In this document: positions 45,609 through 53,720 of the stretch, in pieces
Layout: every line of letters begins with the position of its first letter
Numbering within the stretch: the first letter of the stretch is position 1
From: a virus
Lineage: Duplodnaviria > Heunggongvirae > Uroviricota > Caudoviricetes
DNA: 64,000 nucleotides
Direction: 5' to 3' (one strand)
Virus record (IMG/VR): IMGVR_UViG_3300044712_002452
Location: 75,336-139,335 of that record
Notes under the pieces: generated by a model
Seen by the model: the letters and a program-made list of their open reading frames with translations, nothing else
Databases searched by the model: none
Told to the model about the DNA's origin: nothing
Position numbers and translations under genes: made by a program

Positions 45609-46268
45609 CTATGCGCCGGCTTCGGTAAGCTTTGCCATTGCTTCTTTTTTGGCTTTCAACTCCTGCGCGCGGAGCATTCTTTGCTCCTGCAGGTTCACCT
45701 TGGCTTTGGCTTCGATGTCCACGTTGAATGCGCGGGCTTCAGCCTTGTAGGTGGCGCTGGTTTCCATGGCTGCCATGGCTGCTCTACCGAAGCTCCATTG
45801 ACCTACGACGTCGCCGTTCTTGTTCAGGGTCTGCCCTGTCAAGTAACCGTACAGCTCTTTCTGCGGGAAGCGGTCGTCGTACTTCTGACCCGTTTCAGGG
45901 TTTACGCGACCTTCGGAAACGGCTTTCAATTTGAACACCGTACCCGCCAAGCTGTCGAGCAACGTATCGTCGTCTACGTTCAGCTTGTTGTTCTTCATTC
46001 GCAACGCTGATGCGTGGATGTCGAGCGTCTTGCTCACAATGTTACCGTCAACCACGGCTTCGATTAGAAAGCGCTTGTGGTCTTGATAGCCGGTTTCCAC
46101 GTAAGCGAGAATCTTGAAGCTCTCGACTACGCCTTCTTGGCTGGCATTAGGGTCGGGTGATGACCCTGCGGCTGCGGCGGCTGCTTCTGCAGCTTCCCGG
46201 GCTTTCTTTTGAGCGGCGGTCTCTGCTGCGAATAATTTTCTGACACTGGCTGCTTTTGCTTGTTGCAT
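45609..46268 (-). CDS. hypothetical protein encoded in GC-rich island
   Basis: 219 aa, Ala/Lys-rich termini. Codon usage and GC are clearly higher than in the surrounding genes. ATG at 46268 verified. Confidence 0.5.
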   Translation of the reverse strand: MQQAKAASVRKLFAAETAAQKKAREAAEAAAAAAGSSPDPNASQEGVVESFKILAYVETGYQDHKRFLIEAVVDGNIVSKTLDIHASALRMKNNKLNVDDDTLLDSLAGTVFKLKAVSEGRVNPETGQKYDDRFPQKELYGYLTGQTLNKNGDVVGQWSFGRAAMAAMETSATYKAEARAFNVDIEAKAKVNLQEQRMLRAQELKAKKEAMAKLTEAGA

Positions 46269-46304
46269 AGCTTTTACAATTTAAAATGATAAATAAAAGA
46301 GTAC

Positions 46305-46320
46305 GGACCTTATTCTTTAA
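46305..46320 (-). promoter_or_regulatory. GACCTTATTCTTTAA motif, copy 1 of 4
   Basis: 37 nt upstream (in the minus sense) of the gene whose start is 46268. Other copies at 46531-46546, 47675-47690 and 48168-48180. Confidence 0.4.
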
Positions 46321-46645
46321 TTTTTCGAAGAAAAATTAGAGAAGAAAATACGGCGAACGATCCCGTAACAAATGTGCTCTCCAGCCCGGTGTTCTGTTCA
46401 CCCAAAACATAAAGCTCCCCTTTTTAGCTCACGCCTGCCGGAGCACAACACACAGATACGCTCAGTTTACTCACGATCACACCGCTCGCGGTGTACGTTA
46501 GTTTCTCACTAAAGCGTTACTACAGAACAAGAACCTTATTCTTTAAACTTACAACGTAAGTTTAGTGGAGAATCTGTGTGAACGATCGGAGTGTGGGTTG
46601 AGGTAAAGAAACGCCCCGAATGGTTAGTTCGGAGCGTTTGGGTGA

Positions 46646-47011
46646 TTATAGTGCGACTTCTATTAGCGCTTCTTGTTCAGCTATCGCCGGCATACCTTCA
46701 AGGGTTTTGCGATAGTCGGTTACCAATACTGTTTGCGTACCTGGAATCACGGCTTCAAAGGTTTCGCTGCCGTCGGGGTGTTGGAATCGAAACTCAGCGT
46801 AGGTAATTTCGTGATTCAGCTCGGAGATATACGCCCGCTTGATTTCTAAGCCTACGATTTGGAATTGCTTATCCTTTAGTTTTTTACTGGAATTAAAATG
46901 ATGCATTAATCCGGCTAATAAAGCGTTTCCAAAATCATTACCTGGAATATTAAGTTCCGCTGCATTGTAATACCCTGTTTCAGCAAATTGATTGCTTTTA
47001 AGTACTGACAT
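46646..47011 (-). CDS. hypothetical protein
   Basis: 121 aa ORF. Confidence 0.45.
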   Translation of the reverse strand: MSVLKSNQFAETGYYNAAELNIPGNDFGNALLAGLMHHFNSSKKLKDKQFQIVGLEIKRAYISELNHEITYAEFRFQHPDGSETFEAVIPGTQTVLVTDYRKTLEGMPAIAEQEALIEVAL

Positions 47012-47084
47012 TGTATTTGATTGAGAGTTTAAAAATTAGGATGAAAAAAAAGCGGCACCGAAATAATATCGATGCCGCTGTGAG

Positions 47085-47654
47085 TTAAAACGGAAAGTCG
47101 TCGTCTTCAGCCTGATTGGACGGATTAGCAACGGGCTTGGGAGTCATTGAATTCGCATTCTTAGCCGCCTTTTGAGTAGCTCTATGATGCTCATTCAATT
47201 CTCGCATTTGCGTTGTTTCCAAAGACTTTTCAACTTGCTTGATACCGTACGCATCGACCAGGGCTAAAAAGCTGTCGGATGGTGTGATGATATCAATGGT
47301 TCGATTGTCGAAGGTCCAAATCGTAACGGGTCCGCCGAACTTGGAAAGCTTTTTTCCTTCGATGTACTCGTTCAAATCTTTAACGGGTTCGGAGTTAAAG
47401 ACTTTTACTTCGCCGCCTTTGCTGATGTACTCGAAAGAAATGGTTTCCAAAAGCTCGATGTGGGTGCCTTGACCGAACTTGAGCAATGCCGCCGAAGTAA
47501 TGGGAAGATTACCCAAATAACGACGAATGGTGGAAACGTGCAGCTTGACGTCGAATTGTTTCTCGCCCGCAATCGCGCGAAAAATAAAAAAGATACCGTC
47601 GTTGCTGAAATTGCGTAAAAACGCTTTGAGTGTGAAACCTGTGAACTTGTGCAT
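47085..47654 (-). CDS. hypothetical protein with SSB-like acidic C-terminal tip (..AEDDDFPF)
   Basis: ATG at 47654 verified (MHKFTGF). The C-terminal DDDFPF closely resembles the bacterial SSB DDDIPF tip. Terminator at 47051-47079. Confidence 0.45.
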   Translation of the reverse strand: MHKFTGFTLKAFLRNFSNDGIFFIFRAIAGEKQFDVKLHVSTIRRYLGNLPITSAALLKFGQGTHIELLETISFEYISKGGEVKVFNSEPVKDLNEYIEGKKLSKFGGPVTIWTFDNRTIDIITPSDSFLALVDAYGIKQVEKSLETTQMRELNEHHRATQKAAKNANSMTPKPVANPSNQAEDDDFPF

Positions 47655-47769
47655 AACTGTGTATTTTAGTGTGCGACCCTTATTCTTTAAGCAGCAACTT
47701 GTTGCGCTTAGTTGAAACCCAGCGATTAAAAAACATTGCACTGTATCACTACAATGCAATGTGCTTGGA

Positions 47770-48051
47770 TTAAAACGCAATGCGTGGCGCATCACCGCTC
47801 AAGTCCATAAAGAATGTACCTGAGTTGCCCCGAACATTAAACTTTAATCCTGAACCGTCTTCAAACTCAATCATTTGAATCGGTTCATTCATCAACTGTG
47901 ATGCAGCCCGAATGCCTGCAATCATCGCTTCTGGTGTCATACCTGGTTTGTCTTTCATAATCCTTATTTTAATGGATGAATAAACGTGCAAAACATTCCC
48001 GTATCGGTTGTAAAGACCAATACGGAAATGTGAAAGGGTCGAAGCGGGCAT
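47770..48051 (-). CDS. hypothetical protein
   Basis: 93 aa. Preceded by a 27-aa hydrophobic peptide ORF at 48056..48139. Confidence 0.4.
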   Translation of the reverse strand: MPASTLSHFRIGLYNRYGNVLHVYSSIKIRIMKDKPGMTPEAMIAGIRAASQLMNEPIQMIEFEDGSGLKFNVRGNSGTFFMDLSGDAPRIAF

Positions 48052-48454
48052 AGCATTACGCTTTATCCCACTGCAGGGCTTCGGCTAATAGCACCAAAAC
48101 GCCGTACATAAAGACGTACTTTTTCATTGTACTCTTCATTTAAGTGAAACAATACGAACCTGTCAACGACCTTATTCTTTCAAGGCTCAACTTGTTGAGA
48201 CTTGAGTTACAGACATTGACCATAACTTTCCTAAAAAATCCTAAGCATTTGGTTTTCCCGGCAAACGGGCGCACGATTGGTTTGAAGGGTAGGGGGTAGG
48301 CCCCAAACATTTTTACCCCGGGGGGCTTTTTACTAGGTACCCCACACTGACTGGGGATTACAAAATTTTTCGGGGTAAAATTTTTTTTGGGGTGGTGAAA
48401 TAAAAAAGAGCTTCTTTTTGGGAAGCCCTTTTTCGGTGGTTGGTTTTCAGTTGA

Positions 48455-49252
48455 TCATAGGGAAATATCTTCTTTGTCCTGATTGGGATTTGAGATCAGG
48501 TTGCTGGGTAGGTATTGTGGATCGGCTTGTCCGGTGGTTTTATCGAACCATTCTTTGAGTCCGTAGTATCGGGTATCGCTAAAGAGTATGATGCTGTTCA
48601 GGGTACCGGCCAGTAGCTTTTGTCTTTTAGTATAGGCTTTTGGGTGTTTGAGCATATGCTCCGTTACGCGGCACATTTTATTCAGGCTCTTTTCCAGGCG
48701 GTATAGTTTGGAATGAAGGCTTCCGCCTCCTTGGGTGGGTTGGCTCAGGTGTTCGTTGAGTTCCGGGTATTGGGTGGTTACGATGCTCAGGATGTCTAAG
48801 GACGACATCATGATACCGCGTTCTTTGATGATCTTGTATAAGATGGATCCGTAGTAAAAGCGGGATTTGGTTTTGATGTCATTGAGTTCGGCTTGTACGA
48901 CGGCTATGTTGATATCCGGTGATGGGTTTGGAAGGTTGTCGGTTTCCGCCGGTTCGGTAGGGGGTACCGGACCGCAAGATTCAGTCGGTTCGTTTTTGGG
49001 TGTTTGTTCGGATGTGGTGGTAGGTATTTGCTTGGATGCGGCGATCAGGGCATTTCGGATTACGGTTGCCAGTTGCAGCTCACCATTTAACGCCTGGCTG
49101 CGGGCAATCAGGGGATTTATCAAATAGTCGATTTCTTGGATTTCCGTTTTCAGGGTGTCTATCTGCGCGTTGACTTTTTTTAAGACAAACCGAAACTCTT
49201 CGGGCGATGATTGATGGGGATGCTCACAAGCGGTAAATTTTGAAGTATTCAT
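48455..49252 (-). CDS. hypothetical protein (last minus-strand gene before the switch region)
   Basis: 265 aa with a predicted coiled coil. Promoter motifs at 49275-49300. Confidence 0.5.
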   Translation of the reverse strand: MNTSKFTACEHPHQSSPEEFRFVLKKVNAQIDTLKTEIQEIDYLINPLIARSQALNGELQLATVIRNALIAASKQIPTTTSEQTPKNEPTESCGPVPPTEPAETDNLPNPSPDINIAVVQAELNDIKTKSRFYYGSILYKIIKERGIMMSSLDILSIVTTQYPELNEHLSQPTQGGGSLHSKLYRLEKSLNKMCRVTEHMLKHPKAYTKRQKLLAGTLNSIILFSDTRYYGLKEWFDKTTGQADPQYLPSNLISNPNQDKEDISL

Positions 49253-49274
49253 GTTTTATACTTTAGGTGGAAAC

Positions 49275-49350
49275 AAATCTACAACTTAAATCTACATTTC
49301 CAAATTTATTTGTAGAATAATTTTGCGGTTTCAATTTAGTTTGTAGATTT
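49275..49350. promoter_or_regulatory. cluster of four TTTGTAGA-family motifs (two per orientation) at the edge of the switch region
   Basis: AAATCTACAAC and AAATCTACATTT on the minus side. TTTGTAGAATAA and TTTGTAGATTT on the plus side. Confidence 0.45.
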
Positions 49351-49418
49351 GCATCCAGCAATCGTGGGAGCTTAACCGGGGGCGGTTGAGATCCTTTATG
49401 TTGGGGTACAAGTTTCGT

Positions 49419-49452
49419 TAATTTTGTGTTTTAGGGACCGACCTGCGTTTTT
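49419..49452 (+). terminator. plus-strand rho-independent terminator inside the non-coding switch region
   Basis: GACCTGCG-ttttta-CGCGGGTC then TTTTTTTTG. No plus-strand CDS lies upstream of it. Confidence 0.5.
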
Positions 49453-50251
49453 ACGCGGGTCTTTTTTTTGCCTAAAAATCAAGTCTCTAAAATAATTTTG
49501 TAGATATAAAAACCGTTTGTAGATTTGTTGCCCAACATAGGATTGTTTATCAATCCATCGGTTGATGTATGTTCGGCTGCGCTATCGCCCCCGCTTTAAA
49601 ACTTGGTGACAAGTAGGGTTACGGGAATTCGGTAGGGTACCCGATGTCGGTTCTGCCGGCGCTTAAAGCACAAATTGAGGTACGTAAAATCCATGGGTCT
49701 GCTTTGATTAAAACATTATTCAAGGTTCGTTTCGGGGGAAACTAAGATTCATCTCTTGTAAAGGTTCACGGGTAAAACCGGGAACGGACAAACAAACTCT
49801 CTGAGGCTTTAAGGGTATATCAACCGCTGATCAAGCAACCGGGAAAAATTAAACCCGGTTGCTTTATACCAGGAGCGAACCCGCTCGTGTTAACCCTCGG
49901 TATATACTTCTTACAATAGGTCTTGTATGTTTTGAGTAAGGTTAGAAAAATTGACTGTATCCTTCGAATGTACTTGCTTTCAGGACCTATCCCACGCACG
50001 CACACGCGTAAGCACCCATTCCAATCGTAAAAATTTTTCCCCGCCGGCATGGGCCGGACATAAAAAAGCCCCAAGATAAATAGCTCGGGGCGTATGGTGA
50101 TATCCTGAACTTCACCATTGACCTACAACAAAAATAAAAAAATAAATGTAGGAAAGAAAATTAATTCGCTTTTTATTGTAGATATATTTTGTAGATTAAA
50201 ATACTATTTGTATGTTCGTATTATCTATTCTCTGAATTCAAGTTAAAATCC

Positions 50252-50524
50252 ATGTCTAATACAAACCAACCTACGCAAGATCAGGCTGCCGATTCAAAAG
50301 TCAGTTTTGAACAGCAGTGTGCGCGTTTGGATCAGCAAATAGCTTTGCTATCGCGTATGAGCCAAATAGCCAAAGAAAAATCCCTGATCGAAGAATATCG
50401 AGTTAAAGAATTACGGGCGCGGATAGAATACATCCACTATACGCAGCCTAATCCTGAAGATCAGGATGCTAAAAAAACCGATGAGAAACCAACCGAAAAT
50501 CCAAACCCTACGCCTGAATCATGA
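50252..50524 (+). CDS. hypothetical protein (first plus-strand late-module gene)
   Basis: 90 aa. Promoter motifs at 50177-50201. Confidence 0.4.
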   Translation: MSNTNQPTQDQAADSKVSFEQQCARLDQQIALLSRMSQIAKEKSLIEEYRVKELRARIEYIHYTQPNPEDQDAKKTDEKPTENPNPTPES

Positions 50525-50934
50525 GCCAAATTGTTAGTCTAAAAAAAGAACTTTCCCGTTTTGATACCGTGGAATTGCAAATTATCGTCTTGACAGCCTT
50601 GGATAAAGTGCGCTTGTCAGCCGGGGAAATCACCTGTTTGACGTATCTGGCCATAGCTCAGCATGATTGCAAGCCGGGCGAAGAATTGCTAATATCTGAA
50701 TTTTCAGATTACATCAAAAACGAAGAGCAGTTTTCTTCTCATATGGTGGTTCGCAATATTTTCACTTCGCTGATTCGAAAAGGATACGTCCATCCGGATC
50801 CGGCCAGGTCCAAAAAGAAATTGCGCATGACCGATAAACTCGCGCTGGGCGCGTCTTCCGTGTGTATGCTCGATTACAAGTTTAAAACTTCACCCAACCG
50901 TGCTGTCACCCAAGAAACCCAAAGCGCGAACTAA
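50521..50934 (+). CDS. hypothetical protein
   Basis: 137 aa, translationally coupled. Confidence 0.45.
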   Translation: MSQIVSLKKELSRFDTVELQIIVLTALDKVRLSAGEITCLTYLAIAQHDCKPGEELLISEFSDYIKNEEQFSSHMVVRNIFTSLIRKGYVHPDPARSKKKLRMTDKLALGASSVCMLDYKFKTSPNRAVTQETQSAN

Positions 50935-51298
50935 ATTGTTTGCGCAGCAACGAAACCTGACTGAACAACAAGCGCAAGCTTTGGTGAACGGGCTTTTTGA
51001 CAACGTTCGAAAAAAAATGAGTAACTTATCCTATCCGGCAATTCAACTCAATGGGTTGGGTATTTTTTCTGTGCGGGAAGCACCTTTACGAAAGCAGTAC
51101 AGAAAAGCCATGGAGTTAATTCAAAAACATCCCAAGCCAAAAGGGTTGGTTTATCATCATGTGCAAAAAGCCAAAGACGATGCGGGCATTTTAGGATCCT
51201 GTATTGAACAAATCAATCAGGAACGAAAAAGAGCTTCGGCCATCAAAGAAAAAAAGAAAAGCTATGAACAAAGAAAGTCTGATACAGATTTGGGCTAA
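50900..51298 (+). CDS. HU/IHF-like DNA-binding protein candidate
   Basis: LTEQQAQALVNGLFDNVRKKMS...AIQLNGLGIFSVRE resembles the HU pattern L.GFG.F.VRER. Lys-rich tail. Confidence 0.35.
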   Translation: MLSPKKPKARTKLFAQQRNLTEQQAQALVNGLFDNVRKKMSNLSYPAIQLNGLGIFSVREAPLRKQYRKAMELIQKHPKPKGLVYHHVQKAKDDAGILGSCIEQINQERKRASAIKEKKKSYEQRKSDTDLG

Positions 51299-51605
51299 AA
51301 AAAATATGATCCTGGAAGGGATCAAAAACAATATCTTCAAAAAAGAAGATGTGGAAATCATCGCCCGGGAACGAATGGAAATCTGTCGAACCAACACTTG
51401 TGGGTTTTATGATTCCCAAGGGATTTCTGAAAAAGTAATCGTCAAAGGGGTTCCTTCTTGCGCCCACTGCGGGTGCAATCTGGGTATCGCTACCCGTTCG
51501 CTGGCGTATAGCTGCCCGGTGGGAAAGTGGGAGCGGGTGCTGACCGATATGGAAGAAGCCTATTTGAATGAGAAATTGATGATGGGCAAACCTGAGAGTT
51601 TGTAG
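51264..51605 (+). CDS. Cys-rich small protein
   Basis: CRTNTCGFYD...CAHCGCNL...SCP. Start is probably MNKESL. Confidence 0.4.
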   Translation: MNKESLIQIWAKKNMILEGIKNNIFKKEDVEIIARERMEICRTNTCGFYDSQGISEKVIVKGVPSCAHCGCNLGIATRSLAYSCPVGKWERVLTDMEEAYLNEKLMMGKPESL

Positions 51606-51714
51606 CTTTAATTTTGTACATTCGCAGAAGGTACTGGTAATACCGTTATACTGCAAACAGGAAATACTGAATCGCATCTTCAAAGGGTAGTTGTTAAACC
51701 AACAACAAACCCGC

Positions 51715-52560
51715 ATGGCTATAAAATTCATTGCTGACAATCACAGTTACGTAAGTACGGATGGCGCTGGCATCAACTGGCTTTCGGCTACCACTTTTGT
51801 GTCGGCTTTTAAACAACCCTTTGACGCCAAAGGAACGGCAGAAAAAGTCGTACGAAAAAAAGCCTCCAAATGGTACGGCCTTAAACCTGATGAAGTGATT
51901 GCGCTCTGGGATAAAGAATCCAAACGAGCCACCGATTTAGGTACTTTTTACCACAATGAACGGGAGCGGGATATCTGCGCTTCTGAAACCATTTCCTTTG
52001 GGGGCTTTGATGAACTCCCCGTCATCAAACCGTTGAACGGTGAAACGGGTGAAAAGCTGGCGCCGGAACAAAAACTGGACCCAGGCATTTATCCGGAGCA
52101 TTTTGTGTACCTCAAATCCGCCGGCCTCTGCGGTCAAAGCGATATGTGCATTGTCACACCGGACAAGAAAGTTCATATTGTCGACTACAAAACCAATAAA
52201 AGCATTGACATGCAAAGCTTTAAAAATTGGGATGGAACGAGCAAAAAGATGAAGTTTCCGGTGAGTCATTTGGACGATTGCAATTTTAACCACTACGCCC
52301 TGCAGCTTTCGCTGTATATGTTCGTAGTCTTGAAACACAACCCTTTGCTCAACCCGGGCACGCTGACTTTACATCATATTTTGTTTGAAGAAAGCGGGCG
52401 GGATCAATACGATTACCCCATCACGCGCAGGCTCGCCGATGGTTCACCCATTGTAAAAGATGTGGTGCCGTATTCATTGCCGTACCTGAAATCTGAAATC
52501 ATCCAGATGATGCAGCACTATAAGGCATTTCCCGAAGAAATCCGTAACGCAAAAAAATAA
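51715..52560 (+). CDS. PD-(D/E)XK nuclease family protein
   Basis: QSDMCIVTPDKKVHIVDYKT matches the D...D-x-K core. Confidence 0.5.
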   Translation: MAIKFIADNHSYVSTDGAGINWLSATTFVSAFKQPFDAKGTAEKVVRKKASKWYGLKPDEVIALWDKESKRATDLGTFYHNERERDICASETISFGGFDELPVIKPLNGETGEKLAPEQKLDPGIYPEHFVYLKSAGLCGQSDMCIVTPDKKVHIVDYKTNKSIDMQSFKNWDGTSKKMKFPVSHLDDCNFNHYALQLSLYMFVVLKHNPLLNPGTLTLHHILFEESGRDQYDYPITRRLADGSPIVKDVVPYSLPYLKSEIIQMMQHYKAFPEEIRNAKK

Positions 52561-52731
52561 CCAGCATGCAACATTTTATCATTTGTTCGGTACCTGGATT
52601 CATTATTGATCTTTTGCTCACTTGCTTTATTGTTTACCTGACCTGGGATTTTTTAAATAACTCGAACGACAACGAACCGCCGGCATCCGGTAGCGGATTA
52701 AGCGTGGGGTAATAAAATCATCATTCGACCT

Positions 52732-53250
52732 ATGTTAATCAAACTATTTACCGTAGAAAACTCAATAGTAATACCCACCGAGCATTGCTATTCTTTGCCA
52801 ACCCTACGGCGAATTATGGATAAGTACCCGGAAGACTATATGAAAGTCTACGCTTTTCTCTTTTACATGACTTGCCCCAATCCGGATCTGAATCCTTTTT
52901 TTAACATGCCGGAAACCGATCGGGAAGAAATGGTGCTCAAAGAACTGAATTGTTCAGGCTTTACTTCTGAAGATGATGAAGTCCAGGAAGGACTCAGGCT
53001 TTGTGAAAAGCTTTATGAAACCCTAACTGTTCGAGCCTACAAAGGATTTAAGACTATGATTGATCGACTGGCCTTGTACATGGAAACCACGTCTATCGAA
53101 CATGGAAAAGACGGAAACCTGACAGCGTTGGTCAATGCCGCCAAAAACTTTGATGCTATTCGACAATCCTTCAAGGGTGTTGAAAACGACCTGAAAGAAG
53201 AACAGCAAGCGCTGGTGCGCGGCGGGCAAGAGATTGCCTACGATATGTAA
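52732..53250 (+). CDS. hypothetical protein (small terminase candidate by position)
   Basis: 172 aa, two genes upstream of TerL. No motif support. Confidence 0.35.
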   Translation: MLIKLFTVENSIVIPTEHCYSLPTLRRIMDKYPEDYMKVYAFLFYMTCPNPDLNPFFNMPETDREEMVLKELNCSGFTSEDDEVQEGLRLCEKLYETLTVRAYKGFKTMIDRLALYMETTSIEHGKDGNLTALVNAAKNFDAIRQSFKGVENDLKEEQQALVRGGQEIAYDM

Positions 53251-53281
53251 TTTTATTTGTTATCCTTTTATATTCTATTTT

Positions 53282-53668
53282 ATGCAAAACCTTAGTTATT
53301 TAGCGCACTTGATGGAAAACACGCAGCCGTTTTTTGACGTGCTTCCTGAAATGGGCAACGGTAAGCTTTTTATGCGACACCACGATTCAGAAAAAAAACT
53401 GAATGAGCAGAACTTGATGGGTACCGTTTTAGAAATTGAAATCGGTATCGATATACCTGATACGCAAGAATCTTTTGTGCTTATTAAAGAATCGTATATC
53501 CGTAATGACAATGATTTGGGAATGACTGACCTTGAAATTTTGGATCAGATAGCTTCTAAAATCATCATTGACAATTTCCGGTTTGCCATGGCTCAACAGG
53601 TTGTGATGCGACGCAAAGCAGCTTTAGAATCAAGTGTTTTGGTAGATAAACCAATGGTTGGACAGTAA
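53282..53668 (+). CDS. hypothetical protein
   Basis: Start MQNLSYL. Immediately upstream of TerL. Confidence 0.4.
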   Translation: MQNLSYLAHLMENTQPFFDVLPEMGNGKLFMRHHDSEKKLNEQNLMGTVLEIEIGIDIPDTQESFVLIKESYIRNDNDLGMTDLEILDQIASKIIIDNFRFAMAQQVVMRRKAALESSVLVDKPMVGQ

Positions 53669-53705
53669 AAGTCCAATGAGCCTTATATACTAAGGATTAA
53701 CCATT

Positions 53706-53720
53706 AATCCTTATCCTATG
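53706..53720 (+). promoter_or_regulatory. late-gene start-context motif AATCCTTATCCTATG
   Basis: The same motif abuts the ATG of terL (53718), the portal gene (55958, ATATCCTATG), the capsid gene (60176) and the gene at 63812. Confidence 0.45.

Noticed and set aside
45265-46010. ORFs 45265..45519(-), 45324..45545(-), 45468..46010(+)
   Set aside because: They lie in the GC-rich island, where random open frames are long. They overlap the 3' UTR/terminator and the better-supported 45609..46268 gene.
49820-50074. 84-aa ORF in the switch region
   Set aside because: Cys/Arg/Gly-rich translation from GC-rich hairpin DNA. No motif-oriented promoter. The region is better explained as non-coding.
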